A stretch of 64,000 nucleotides of DNA from contig OZ223209.1 in the NCBI GenBank assembly GCA_965140415.1, positions 1,280,001 to 1,344,000 of the forward strand. Direction: 5' to 3'. A model generated the notes under the pieces. It saw only the letters and a program-made list of their open reading frames with translations, did not search any database and was not told where the DNA came from. A program made the position numbers and the translations under genes. Positions 19,919-29,687 of the stretch are shown here, in pieces (the first letter of the stretch is position 1; each line of letters starts with the position of its first letter). This DNA is from Myxococcota bacterium. Lineage in GTDB: Bacteria > Myxococcota_A > SURF-8.

Positions 19919-20815
19919 ATGAGCGAACGTGATACGATGGCCGATGTGTCGAAGATGAAGGATGAAATCCTGACTCAATACGAGCGATTGGGTTTGGAAG
20001 ACGAAATGATCTTCTCCTGTAATCCCAGCGTTCCCTGTTTCGGGAAATGCTGCCACGATATCAATATCTTTTTAACCCCTTATGATATTCTGCGCTTGAA
20101 AACACGCCTTGGAATTTCTTCCGAGGAGTTTATTGCAAAATACGCTTTGTCACCGCCGGTGGCGGCTACAAACCAGGTGCCCATGATCGTATTGCGTATG
20201 AGCGATCAGGAAGGCAAACCCTGTCAGTTCCTGAGCGAGCAGGGATGCACGGTCTATGAAGATCGTCCCTGGGCCTGCCGTATGTATCCGCTGGGAATCG
20301 CCAGCCAGAAAACGGAAGCCAATCCCGACGGCGAGGAATTTTTCTATTTGATCCATGAACCGGAACGCTGCAAGGGCCACGGCCTTGGCGAACCGATGAA
20401 AATCAAGGATTATCTTGACGGACAGAAGGTGCAGGATTACAACGAAATGAACGATATGTTCAAAGAGTTGACAATGGCACCTTTCTGGCAGCGGGACGAT
20501 CGCCATCTGCCGCCGCAACAGGTGCAGATGTTCTATATGGCCTGTTACAATTTGGACATGTTCAAGCGCTTTATCTTCAACAGCCGCTTTTTCGAGATCA
20601 TGGATGTGGAAGAAGGGCTGAAAGAGCGAATCGAAGCAGACGAAGTGGAACTGATGAAGTTCGGTTTCCAATGGCTGCGTTACTCGCTTTTCGGTGAAGG
20701 TCCGTTGAAGGTAAAAGAAGACGCGATCGAAAAGAAAAAGGTGGAATGGGCCGCTCAGATGGAAGCGGAACAAGAGAAAAAGCAAAAGGCCCAACACCAG
20801 AACAAGAAATCATAA
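19919..20815 (+). CDS. YkgJ/UPF0153-family cysteine-cluster protein
   Basis: FSC...CFGKCC...LTPYD, CQFL...GCTVYEDRPWACRMYP. Confidence 0.85.
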   Translation: MSERDTMADVSKMKDEILTQYERLGLEDEMIFSCNPSVPCFGKCCHDINIFLTPYDILRLKTRLGISSEEFIAKYALSPPVAATNQVPMIVLRMSDQEGKPCQFLSEQGCTVYEDRPWACRMYPLGIASQKTEANPDGEEFFYLIHEPERCKGHGLGEPMKIKDYLDGQKVQDYNEMNDMFKELTMAPFWQRDDRHLPPQQVQMFYMACYNLDMFKRFIFNSRFFEIMDVEEGLKERIEADEVELMKFGFQWLRYSLFGEGPLKVKEDAIEKKKVEWAAQMEAEQEKKQKAQHQNKKS

Positions 20816-20970
20816 GCCGTTCAGCATCAATTGTATCGGCGTGAATGTTTCGCATTCGGTTCGGTTCCCAGGCGTCAGAACCGGGTATGACCTTTGCGGG
20901 GCGCACGTCGGCGATAAAAATCCAATCGGAGATCAAGGTCACATTGACGCCAGTCGCTAAGGAGTGATTC

Positions 20971-22236
20971 ATGACAGAGGAAAAACACAGTAGCGTGATG
21001 GTCGTTGGAGGGGGCATTGGCGGGCTCACTGCGGCTGTCGAAATCGCGGAGATGGGATACGACGTGATCCTGCTTGAAAAATCTCCGTCTCTCGGCGGAC
21101 GAGTTGCCCGGATGACCAAGTACTTCCCCAAGCTCTGCCCTCCCTATTGCGGGTTGGAGATCAACTACCGCCGGGTCAAGGAAAACCGCAAATTGCGCGT
21201 ATTCACCCAGGCGGAAGTAGAGCAGATCACGGGAGAGCCGCAGAACTTCGACGTGAAAGTCAAACTGAATCCGCGTTATGTACTGCCGGAGCAGGACCAG
21301 TTCGACAAAGCCGTGGAAGCTTGCAAGGTCAACGCTCCCAACGACTTCAACTACGGATTAGATGAAATCTCCGCGATTCACTATCCGCACGATCTGGCTT
21401 ATCCCTACCTGCCGGTCGTCGAAGCGGAATTCAAGGACGATCCCGGTGTGAAGGAAGCCATCGAAGAGAGTGGCTGCACCAAGTTCGACCTGGAAATGCA
21501 ACCGCAGGAAATGAATTTCAAAGTCGGCGCGATCGTCTGGGCCACCGGCTGGACGCCCTTCGATCCCACTCCGGTGCATTACCTCGGTTACGGCAAGTAC
21601 CAGGATGTCATCCAGAACGTGGAAATGGAGCGCTACTGCGCGGTCAACGGTCCCACCAAGGGTAAACTGCTGCGTCCCTCCGATGGCAAAGAAGCCAAGC
21701 GAGTGGCCTTCGTGCAGTGTGCCGGTTCGCGCGACTCCAATTATCTGGGATATTGCTCGGGCATCTGCTGCCTGGCTTCGATGAAGCAGGCCACTTACGT
21801 GCGCGATCAGTATGCGGAAGACGGCGAAGCCTGGATGTTCTACATCGACGTCCGCTCCGGTCGTTACCACGATTTCCTGAATCGTGTTGAAGGTGATGAT
21901 AAGATTCATCTGGTCAAAGGCAAGGCCGGTTCGGTCAGCCGCGACGATGAGAGCGGCGACATGATCGTGACGGTGGAAGATATCGAAGCCGGTAAGGTCA
22001 ACCGCTATCCGGTAGACCTGGTCGTGCTCGCCACCGGCATGGTGCCCAACACGGCCACCGAGAAGATCCCGTACGACGGCCTGGAGTACGACGATTACGG
22101 GTTTGTCATTTCCGATCCGCAGAAGACTGGAATTTATCCGGTTGGTTGCCTGCGCAAGCCGGTGGACGTGTCCACGACGGTTCAGGATGCGACGGGAATT
22201 TCCATTAAAGCGATTCAGACTATCTTGGGTGGGTGA
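20971..22236 (+). CDS. qmoA: QmoA (HdrA-like flavoprotein)
   Basis: VVGGGIGG, KYFPKLCPPYCGLEIN, QCAGSRD..YCSGICC; follows aprBA. Confidence 0.92.
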   Translation: MTEEKHSSVMVVGGGIGGLTAAVEIAEMGYDVILLEKSPSLGGRVARMTKYFPKLCPPYCGLEINYRRVKENRKLRVFTQAEVEQITGEPQNFDVKVKLNPRYVLPEQDQFDKAVEACKVNAPNDFNYGLDEISAIHYPHDLAYPYLPVVEAEFKDDPGVKEAIEESGCTKFDLEMQPQEMNFKVGAIVWATGWTPFDPTPVHYLGYGKYQDVIQNVEMERYCAVNGPTKGKLLRPSDGKEAKRVAFVQCAGSRDSNYLGYCSGICCLASMKQATYVRDQYAEDGEAWMFYIDVRSGRYHDFLNRVEGDDKIHLVKGKAGSVSRDDESGDMIVTVEDIEAGKVNRYPVDLVVLATGMVPNTATEKIPYDGLEYDDYGFVISDPQKTGIYPVGCLRKPVDVSTTVQDATGISIKAIQTILGG

Positions 22237-22241
22237 ATACC

Positions 22242-24407
22242 ATGGAGCACAAAGTCGGATTTTATATTGACGAAGGCTGCGGTCTCGACAAGGTCATTGA
22301 CCTGGACCGCTTGGAAAAAGTCGCCACCGGTGAATACAAGGTGGCCTTAACCCGGCGTCTGCCGCATGCGTGCAGCGCCGAAGGTGCGGACATCATCGGC
22401 AAAGACATCGCCGATGAAGGCATCAACACGGTGGTCATCGCCGGAACGTCTCCGCGCCAGAACTGTCCCTACCTCGATTTCCCGAGCTGCATCGTAGAGC
22501 AGATCAATCTGCGCGAGCAGGTCTTGTGGTCTCACGATCCGGAATTCCTGGAAGAGACGCTCGAAGAGGACGAGGCGGAAGACTGCGTGAACATGATGGC
22601 CGAGGATTACGTGCGGATGGGCATGGTGCGTGCCACCTTGTCGCAGCCGCCGGAGCCTTACCTGATCGATTCGCCCAAGACCGTGCTGGTTATCGGTGGC
22701 GGCGTTGCCGGTATGGGTGCGGCGCTCAACGTAGCCAAAGTCGGTTACGAAGCGGTGATCGTGGAGAAGCAGGACACGCTGGGTGGCTGGGCCGCCAAGA
22801 TTTATCGCGATCTGCCCAAGGGTGGCAACTACGAAACGCTGCCCAACACGCCGGTCGAAGGCATGGTCGAAGAAGTACAGGGCCACAAGAACATTTCCGT
22901 TCACACGGGCTGCACGGTTACGCAGATTGCCGGTGCGCCGGGTGAATTCGCGGTGGAACTGAGTAACGGTCAGAACATCAAGGTCGGTAGCGTGATCGTA
23001 GCCGCCGGTTGGAAACCCGTTGACACCGTCAAATTCGATGCCAAATACGGTTACGGTGAGAATCCGAACGTCATCACCAGTTTGGAACTGGAAGAGATGA
23101 TCAAGGAAAAGGGCAAGATCGTGCGTCCGTCCGACGGCGAAGAAGCCACCACAGTGGCCTTTGTTACCGCCGTGGATATGGCCGAGGGTGAAGATCAGCG
23201 TCCCCATTTGGGTAACGTAGCCGACATCGTGGCCATCAAGCAGATTCATTACTTGCTTGAAGGCAATCCGCACGCAACGCCGTATCTCTTCCACGAGCAG
23301 GTCAAAGCGGCGGGTTTGTACGAAGACCTGTATCGCGAAGTGCAGAAAAAGGGTCTGTTGCTGGTGCGCGGTAACGTGACCAGCCTGAGCGAAGGCGACG
23401 AAAAGCCGGTTATGATCGAAGGCGAAAACAAGCTTTTGGGCGCGCCGGTCATGATGGAAGCCGACCTGGTCGTGTTGTCCGTCGGTATGGTGTCGGTCGC
23501 TTCCGACGAGAACCTGCTGAACTTGAAATACCGCCAGGGACCGGAACTTCCGATCCTGTCCAACGGTTATCCGAATTCGCACTTCATCTGCTTCCCCTAT
23601 GAAACGCGACGTTCCGGCATCTACACCTGTGGTTCGGTGCGTGAGCCGATGGAAGTGATGCGTGCGGTGGAAGATTCCGCCGGTGCGGCGATGAAGGCCG
23701 TGCAGGCTATCGAACTGGTCAGCCACGGTGGTGCGGTGCATCCGCGCGTCAACGACATGAGCTACCCGGAGATCGACTTCGGTCGCTGCACCCAGTGTAA
23801 GCGCTGTACCGAGGAATGTCCCTTCGGTGCGTACGACGAAGATGAGAAGGGGACACCCAAGCCGAATCCTTCGCGCTGCCGTCGTTGCGGCGTGTGCATG
23901 GGCGCCTGTCCCGAGCGCGTGATCAGCTTCAAGAACTACTCGGTCGGCATGATCGGTTCGATGATCAAATCGATCAACGTTCCGGACGAATTCGATGAAA
24001 TGCCGCGTATTCTTGTGTTTGCCTGTGAAAACGACGCTTACCCGGCATTGGACATGGCGTCGCAGAACAAAATCCAGTACAGTTCCTACGTGCGCATCAT
24101 TCCGCTGCGCTGCCTGGGTTCGATCAACCTGGTGTGGATCGCCGATGCGCTGGCCAAGGGTATCGACGGCATCCTGCTGCTGGGTTGCAAGCGCGGTGAC
24201 GATTACCAATGTCACTTCATTAAAGGTAGCGAGTTGGCTAACACGCGTATGGAGAAGGTATCCGAAACGTTGCAGCGCCTGATGCTCGAATCCGAGCGTA
24301 TCCGGGTGGAAGAAGTGAATATCACCGACTATCACACCCTGCCGCAGCTGATCAATGATTTCGTAGCCGAAATCAAAGAGATGGATCCGAACCCTTACAA
24401 AGAGTAA
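22242..24407 (+). CDS. qmoB: QmoB (HdrA-like + ferredoxin + MvhD/FlpD domains)
   Basis: SHFICFPYETRR, CTQCKRCTEECPFGA, CRRCGVCMGACP, CENDAYPA, RCLGS, GCKRGDDYQCHF. Confidence 0.95.
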   Translation: MEHKVGFYIDEGCGLDKVIDLDRLEKVATGEYKVALTRRLPHACSAEGADIIGKDIADEGINTVVIAGTSPRQNCPYLDFPSCIVEQINLREQVLWSHDPEFLEETLEEDEAEDCVNMMAEDYVRMGMVRATLSQPPEPYLIDSPKTVLVIGGGVAGMGAALNVAKVGYEAVIVEKQDTLGGWAAKIYRDLPKGGNYETLPNTPVEGMVEEVQGHKNISVHTGCTVTQIAGAPGEFAVELSNGQNIKVGSVIVAAGWKPVDTVKFDAKYGYGENPNVITSLELEEMIKEKGKIVRPSDGEEATTVAFVTAVDMAEGEDQRPHLGNVADIVAIKQIHYLLEGNPHATPYLFHEQVKAAGLYEDLYREVQKKGLLLVRGNVTSLSEGDEKPVMIEGENKLLGAPVMMEADLVVLSVGMVSVASDENLLNLKYRQGPELPILSNGYPNSHFICFPYETRRSGIYTCGSVREPMEVMRAVEDSAGAAMKAVQAIELVSHGGAVHPRVNDMSYPEIDFGRCTQCKRCTEECPFGAYDEDEKGTPKPNPSRCRRCGVCMGACPERVISFKNYSVGMIGSMIKSINVPDEFDEMPRILVFACENDAYPALDMASQNKIQYSSYVRIIPLRCLGSINLVWIADALAKGIDGILLLGCKRGDDYQCHFIKGSELANTRMEKVSETLQRLMLESERIRVEEVNITDYHTLPQLINDFVAEIKEMDPNPYKE

Positions 24408-24491
24408 AAACCGCGGTCGCCTGCGGTGGACGAAGCACACCCAGGCGGCATTATCTCAGGATTTGGGCTTCGTCTAATATGGGAGCATAGC

Positions 24492-25667
24492 ATGGAACCG
24501 AAAAATCCATTTCCCGAGGTCACGGAAGTCGTCGTAGAGACCGGCGCCAAGACCATTTTCCAGTGCATGCAGTGTGGCATGTGCACCGCGGCCTGTCCCT
24601 GGCGTCTGGTCGAGGGCGAGATCGCGGAGAAATTCAACAACCGCCTGCTGCAACACATGGGTCAGATCGGTGTGGACGGCTACGAGGAAGAAGACATCCT
24701 GTACGCCTGCACCACCTGCGGCATCTGCACGACGCGCTGTCCGCGCGAAGTCAACGCCATCGAGAACACCCGCGTGCTGCGCACGATCATTTCCGAAACC
24801 TCCGGTCTGCCCAAGAGCATTCGCCCCATCGCGGGTAGTCTGCACGACAACGGCAACCCCTGGTCGGGCAAGCGCGAAGACCGCTTCGCATGGGCCAAGG
24901 ATCTGGAGATCCCGACCTTTACCGAGGACACCGAATACTTCCTGTTCATCTGCTGCACCTCCTGCTACGACAAGCGTAGCCAGAAGATCGCCAAGAGCGT
25001 GGTGAAGCTGCTGAAGGAAACCGGCGTCAGCTTCGGCGTGATCGGCGCCGAGGAGAACTGCTGCGGCGAATCGATTCGCAAGACCGGCGCGGAAGACGTC
25101 TTCCAGGAACTGGCCGGCGCGAACGTGGAACTGTTCAACAGCAAGGGCGTAAAGAAGATCATCACGACTTCGCCTCACTGCCTGTGGACCTTCAAAAACG
25201 AGTACCCGGAACTGGGTGGCGAGTACGAAGTGATTCACTACACCGAGCTGTTCAACCAGATGTTGAAAGACGGCAAGCTGGAATTGAAGAACGAAGTCGA
25301 AGGCAAAACCATCGCCTTCCACGATCCCTGCTATTTGGGCCGTCATTCCAAGATCTTCGACGAGCCGCGTCAGTTGGTGCGTAACCTGCCGGGCACCGAG
25401 ACAAAAGAGCTGATGCGCTCCGGCGAAGCCAGCCTCTGTTGCGGCGGCGGCGGCGGTCGCGTGTGGATGGAAACGGAAGTCGGCGCGCGCTTCGGCGATC
25501 TGCGTATTTACGAAGCGCAGGACAAAGGCGCGGACATCCTGGCCACCGGTTGCCCCTATTGCGTGATCATGCTGGAAGCCAGCAACATGGCGCTGGGCAA
25601 GGATGAAGAGATCAAGGTGCGCGACCTGTCCGAGCTGGTCTGCGCCTCGGCGTTGGGTGACAAGTAA
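24492..25667 (+). CDS. hdrD: Soluble HdrD-like Fe-S protein (two 4Fe-4S motifs + two CCG domains) at the usual qmoC position
   Basis: CMQCGMCTAACP, CTTCGICTTRCP, ENCCGE...SPHC, HDPCYLGR...CCGGGGG...CPYC; no TM helices. Confidence 0.8.
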   Translation: MEPKNPFPEVTEVVVETGAKTIFQCMQCGMCTAACPWRLVEGEIAEKFNNRLLQHMGQIGVDGYEEEDILYACTTCGICTTRCPREVNAIENTRVLRTIISETSGLPKSIRPIAGSLHDNGNPWSGKREDRFAWAKDLEIPTFTEDTEYFLFICCTSCYDKRSQKIAKSVVKLLKETGVSFGVIGAEENCCGESIRKTGAEDVFQELAGANVELFNSKGVKKIITTSPHCLWTFKNEYPELGGEYEVIHYTELFNQMLKDGKLELKNEVEGKTIAFHDPCYLGRHSKIFDEPRQLVRNLPGTETKELMRSGEASLCCGGGGGRVWMETEVGARFGDLRIYEAQDKGADILATGCPYCVIMLEASNMALGKDEEIKVRDLSELVCASALGDK

Positions 25668-25794
25668 CCCGGTTTAACGGGGGACGGTTCGCTTGATATT
25701 CGCCCGGATCGGTGTGCTGATAGTGGCCCGGTCCGGGCGCTTTCGTTTCGCTGCGGCGAGGCGATGACGTATGAACGCAGGACGTAAAAAAAGC

Positions 25795-25823
25795 TTGTCA
25801 ACATTGGCAAGCGAGGGTATTCT
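25795..25823 (+). promoter_or_regulatory. Sigma70-type promoter for tRNA-Pro
   Basis: TTGTCA-17 bp-TATTCT followed by a GC-rich discriminator. Confidence 0.5.
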
Positions 25824-25853
25824 TCCCCGGCCTGCATGAGCGCAGGGCGATAG

Positions 25854-25935
<82 letters not shown>

Positions 25936-25974
25936 AAAAAAACAGCCACTCCTGATACCGGGAGTGGCTGATTT
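25936..25974. terminator. Probable bidirectional terminator
   Basis: A run + CAGCCACTCC/GGAGTGGCTG stem between convergent genes. Confidence 0.65.
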
Positions 25975-25994
25975 GGGTTTATGGGGGGGAAAAA

Positions 25995-28900
25995 TTACTC
26001 TTCTGGGTCTTCATCGATGTCTTCATCGGGAATAGAAATCGAAAAGCAGATCGCTGCGTTAGGATCAGTGATTTCGAATTTGGATTTCTGATACACTTCG
26101 ATCACAACTTTTTGACGCAGGTAGCCTTCTTTGTCTTTATACTCGTTAAGCCAGTCTGGCTGTTTATTCAGTATCTTTTTTCTTCGTTCATCGTCTGCAT
26201 TCAGATCCGTAACTCGGATAAACAAAGGTCCATGCTTGTGTTCCTGATCTTTGGAGTCTTCAACTGGGGAGTATTGCTTCAATATGCCATATCGAGAAAG
26301 ATCTGCGAGGAGGAGTTTGTTATCCAATTCACTTTCTCCTACAAGCACGCGTATGGTAGGAATGCTTTTATTTCCTATTTTCAGAACACCTTCATAGGCT
26401 CCAATTCCATCAAACTTTGTTTTTGGGCAGTCTTCATTGTTTTTGCCAAAGAATGAATCTGCATCAAGTAAATACCTATAATAAACGGAAAAGTCCAAAG
26501 AATGTATAATAACAGGAGTTTTTGGTACAATTTCATTAAGAGATTCCGAGATTTCGTTAAGTAGTTCTTTCGGTAAAATCGCCTTCCTATTTTCGGAAAC
26601 AGTTCCATCTATCATGGATTCAAAGATCTGGTAATCCATAGTTCTGGCCAATCCTGGACCGTATTGTCCTCCCCAAAGAGAATGATCGATATACCAATCA
26701 GGGATAAAGGCTTCTTTTGGACCCATATCGTTATAGCCGTAAGAATAAATATCCGATGGTGGAGGTTCATTGGTGAGATCTTGCTGTTTGCCAACGAGTT
26801 TAAAAACTTTAAGCAGATCACCGGATTCGTTGAATGTTCGCTGAACATCGTCAATGAATGATTTGAGCTTTTTGGGATCGATTGCATAAGATGTCAATTT
26901 CTCTTCATCAGATCTTTTTTGTTCTAATCCCAATAATTCCAAACGTTTTATCAAGGCAGTGCTTTTTTTACACTGTTCTTCTGTTAGGACAAAGGCCCAC
27001 TGCTCTGGGTGAGTACCCATTTCCACCAGTTTTTTGTAAAGACTGTGTTGCTGTGGATCTTGATCCGGCATGATGGCAAGTTGCCTATTTAATGGGAGTG
27101 ACGTATTCAAAATTCGATCATCGGTCAAATTGTCAAGAATTCGTAGGGCTAATATGCAGTAAAGATAGTGGAAATTATTTTCAAAGGTCAATATGCGGGC
27201 ACCTCGTTTCCCTTCCATTTCCCAGAACATCCAGCCCCAACGCGAAGAAGCGCCTTCGCTTCGTACGGAAATATATACTTCTGTTAGAGTCTTGATGTCT
27301 ATAGCAAAGGGGACACGAGAGATTATATATTCGAAGAATGGTTTGATTTCCTCATTATCGGGATGCTTATGGAAGCGACTGAATATCCAAGACGACAGTC
27401 CGAACAAGATTTGATTTCTTGCCGTAAAGATATGGTGCTGAATCTGACTGCCGTATTTGCCCTTTGGGTAAAAATATTTAAACAAACCATTAAACTCATC
27501 AAGAATGATTTTAAAGGAATCAAAATCTTTATCATCTATACAGCTTTTCAGGATCTTCTGAAAAGTATTGAAGATTGGCCAGATAAATTCTTCATTTTCC
27601 TTAATTTCTTCCTGGCTAGTGTTTTCCGAGTGGTCTTCAAGGATAGGTTGAATGTGTAATTCTAATAATTCGGAAAGATGCCGCCATGAACGATCTATCA
27701 TGAATGCTTTGGCTTCATTGTTGGATTTGTCTTTTGTCATATAGTAGAGGAAAGCTGGAAAAACAATAAATTGCTGAAATAGCAAATGATCTTTAGCCAA
27801 AATAGCTCGGGTGGCGATAGCGATAGGCAAGTACATCACGTCAGCTATTACATCTCGATTATCACTTTTAGCTGCAACTTCCATCAGCTCACGAATGTCT
27901 CTATCTAGCCAACTAACGATATCCCAGCCCTCGAAAAGATCGCCACGCTCTTTTTTCGCCTGCTCGGCCGTGTATCCACTCCCAAGTTGGTGGATTGTAT
28001 CAAGAAATATTTCTGCCAAACCAAGATAGGTGTTTTTAAATTCTTCAATTGAACCACTCATCTCAGAATGAATAGCTAGAACGAATTGATCTTTGATCAA
28101 TAAAAGTTCTCGACGAAATACGATTGAAGATCTTTCCGTCTTCTCAAATTTGAATATGAATGGAATGGAATTCTGAATTCTTGCAATTAGCTTTTTGTCA
28201 TTTGCAAGTTCATTAGGCAAGGCAAAAAGAGCATTTCGATTATTATTGAAACTAGATAGCGGATGGGTTTCTTCTTCGTATCGAATACAAAGGTAAATAT
28301 TCTTTTTATCAGGAGAAACGGTTGTTAAATCTTCTAAAGGATCTATATATTCCATATCACTCTTGGAAGTATCATCCAGTCCATGTGCTAGAAATGCTTC
28401 CTTGATATAGCGAATAACCTTATTCAGCCTACTGATATTGATATCTGTAAGACGCCCCGAGTCTTCATTTTCGATAAAGAAATACTTATCCGTATTTGAA
28501 TTATCCATCATTATGATGAACTTTGATTCTAGGTTAACTCCATGAAATTCAGACCATTCTTTACGAAGTATATAATTTCCCAAACGTTCACGGACGAAAT
28601 CAAGAACGATTGCGCGAGTCCTTTTTTTGAAAAACTTGGCTTTATAATAATTACGTTTTCTTGGGTCCATCAGTAGGTGGATAACCTGCCAAAATGAAAA
28701 AAGAACCAGTACACTAAGAAGTATTGGAAGTAGCAAACTGACTACTCTAACATCAAAGTATAAGAAGTTAATAAGCATCAATACTGTAATAATAATTAAA
28801 ACCCACAGATGGCTTTTTTTAAGGAACAGACGTTTTTCATCTTGATCCGCAGATTTACGAATGGATTCTGCTATAAAGAAAATAAGAGCAAATACAATCG

Positions 28901-29381
28901 TCACCAATCCACCAAGAACAAAATAAATACTAGACAATTTAGTATCGATTGAAACTTGTTTTGAAAGAAAATTGTACCAACCTAAGAGTGAAGTGAGCTG
29001 GTGGCAAGGAACATCGATATGAGAAATAATGAAGAATAATAGAAAGGCTAAAAATATTAAAATGGCCTCTTTTTTTGCTGGTAGATCTAATTGATAAATA
29101 TCTCTTGGCGCTTTTCTTCCAAAACTGCGTAGAGTGTTGAAATAGCATTTGAGTAACCATACTTTGGTTGAAAAATAATATCCTTTTGATTCGCTTTCAA
29201 GAAATAGTATTTTTACCTGCTTGTTTTTCCTGTTCTTTTCTAATTCTGCAAGCTTTGCTTCTATCTGATTGGACAGCCACCCTTCATTCCATTTCCTGTA
29301 TCTACGGTATAGAAGATATAGTATGCCGATTACAGCAAAGCCAATCAGCAAGTAAACCGGCCATGAGAAGAAAGACATCAT
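25995..29381 (-). CDS. Large AT-rich hypothetical membrane protein (several N-terminal TM helices, long soluble region)
   Basis: Uninterrupted ORF of about 1130 aa in AT-rich DNA; hydrophobic segments in the first ~240 aa; no motif recognised. Confidence 0.75.
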   Translation of the reverse strand: MMSFFSWPVYLLIGFAVIGILYLLYRRYRKWNEGWLSNQIEAKLAELEKNRKNKQVKILFLESESKGYYFSTKVWLLKCYFNTLRSFGRKAPRDIYQLDLPAKKEAILIFLAFLLFFIISHIDVPCHQLTSLLGWYNFLSKQVSIDTKLSSIYFVLGGLVTIVFALIFFIAESIRKSADQDEKRLFLKKSHLWVLIIITVLMLINFLYFDVRVVSLLLPILLSVLVLFSFWQVIHLLMDPRKRNYYKAKFFKKRTRAIVLDFVRERLGNYILRKEWSEFHGVNLESKFIIMMDNSNTDKYFFIENEDSGRLTDINISRLNKVIRYIKEAFLAHGLDDTSKSDMEYIDPLEDLTTVSPDKKNIYLCIRYEEETHPLSSFNNNRNALFALPNELANDKKLIARIQNSIPFIFKFEKTERSSIVFRRELLLIKDQFVLAIHSEMSGSIEEFKNTYLGLAEIFLDTIHQLGSGYTAEQAKKERGDLFEGWDIVSWLDRDIRELMEVAAKSDNRDVIADVMYLPIAIATRAILAKDHLLFQQFIVFPAFLYYMTKDKSNNEAKAFMIDRSWRHLSELLELHIQPILEDHSENTSQEEIKENEEFIWPIFNTFQKILKSCIDDKDFDSFKIILDEFNGLFKYFYPKGKYGSQIQHHIFTARNQILFGLSSWIFSRFHKHPDNEEIKPFFEYIISRVPFAIDIKTLTEVYISVRSEGASSRWGWMFWEMEGKRGARILTFENNFHYLYCILALRILDNLTDDRILNTSLPLNRQLAIMPDQDPQQHSLYKKLVEMGTHPEQWAFVLTEEQCKKSTALIKRLELLGLEQKRSDEEKLTSYAIDPKKLKSFIDDVQRTFNESGDLLKVFKLVGKQQDLTNEPPPSDIYSYGYNDMGPKEAFIPDWYIDHSLWGGQYGPGLARTMDYQIFESMIDGTVSENRKAILPKELLNEISESLNEIVPKTPVIIHSLDFSVYYRYLLDADSFFGKNNEDCPKTKFDGIGAYEGVLKIGNKSIPTIRVLVGESELDNKLLLADLSRYGILKQYSPVEDSKDQEHKHGPLFIRVTDLNADDERRKKILNKQPDWLNEYKDKEGYLRQKVVIEVYQKSKFEITDPNAAICFSISIPDEDIDEDPEE

Positions 29382-29687
29382 AACCCTCAAAATCTAAATA
29401 ATGGTTTATTGATAACAACGAATAATAGCCTACTTGTATCATGATGAGAACATGAGGTCAATTGGCAAATGCCCCCTGAAAATAGTGCTTCGATATGAAA
29501 CTCCTGAGAAAGTAAGTTACCCTCGACTTACCATCCAATCCTAAAACCAATCGCTTGACAACTACGCGCCACGGGGATTAATATACTGCCACAGTGGATT
29601 AAAACAAAACGGGTAAACGAATAAATTCTTTGGATCGATTCGTGTGGATAAAACGGAATCGTTACGAGAGAAAAAAGGGGATCGGAC

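Noticed and set aside
23150-23250. QmoB lacks the HdrA-type CAGSRD...CS..CC cluster motif
   Set aside because: To my knowledge many QmoB proteins lack it, and QmoA retains it; not evidence of decay
17342-24440. Long minus-strand ORFs (758 aa, 697 aa) opposite aprA and qmoB
   Set aside because: Typical antisense shadows of genes with strong codon bias
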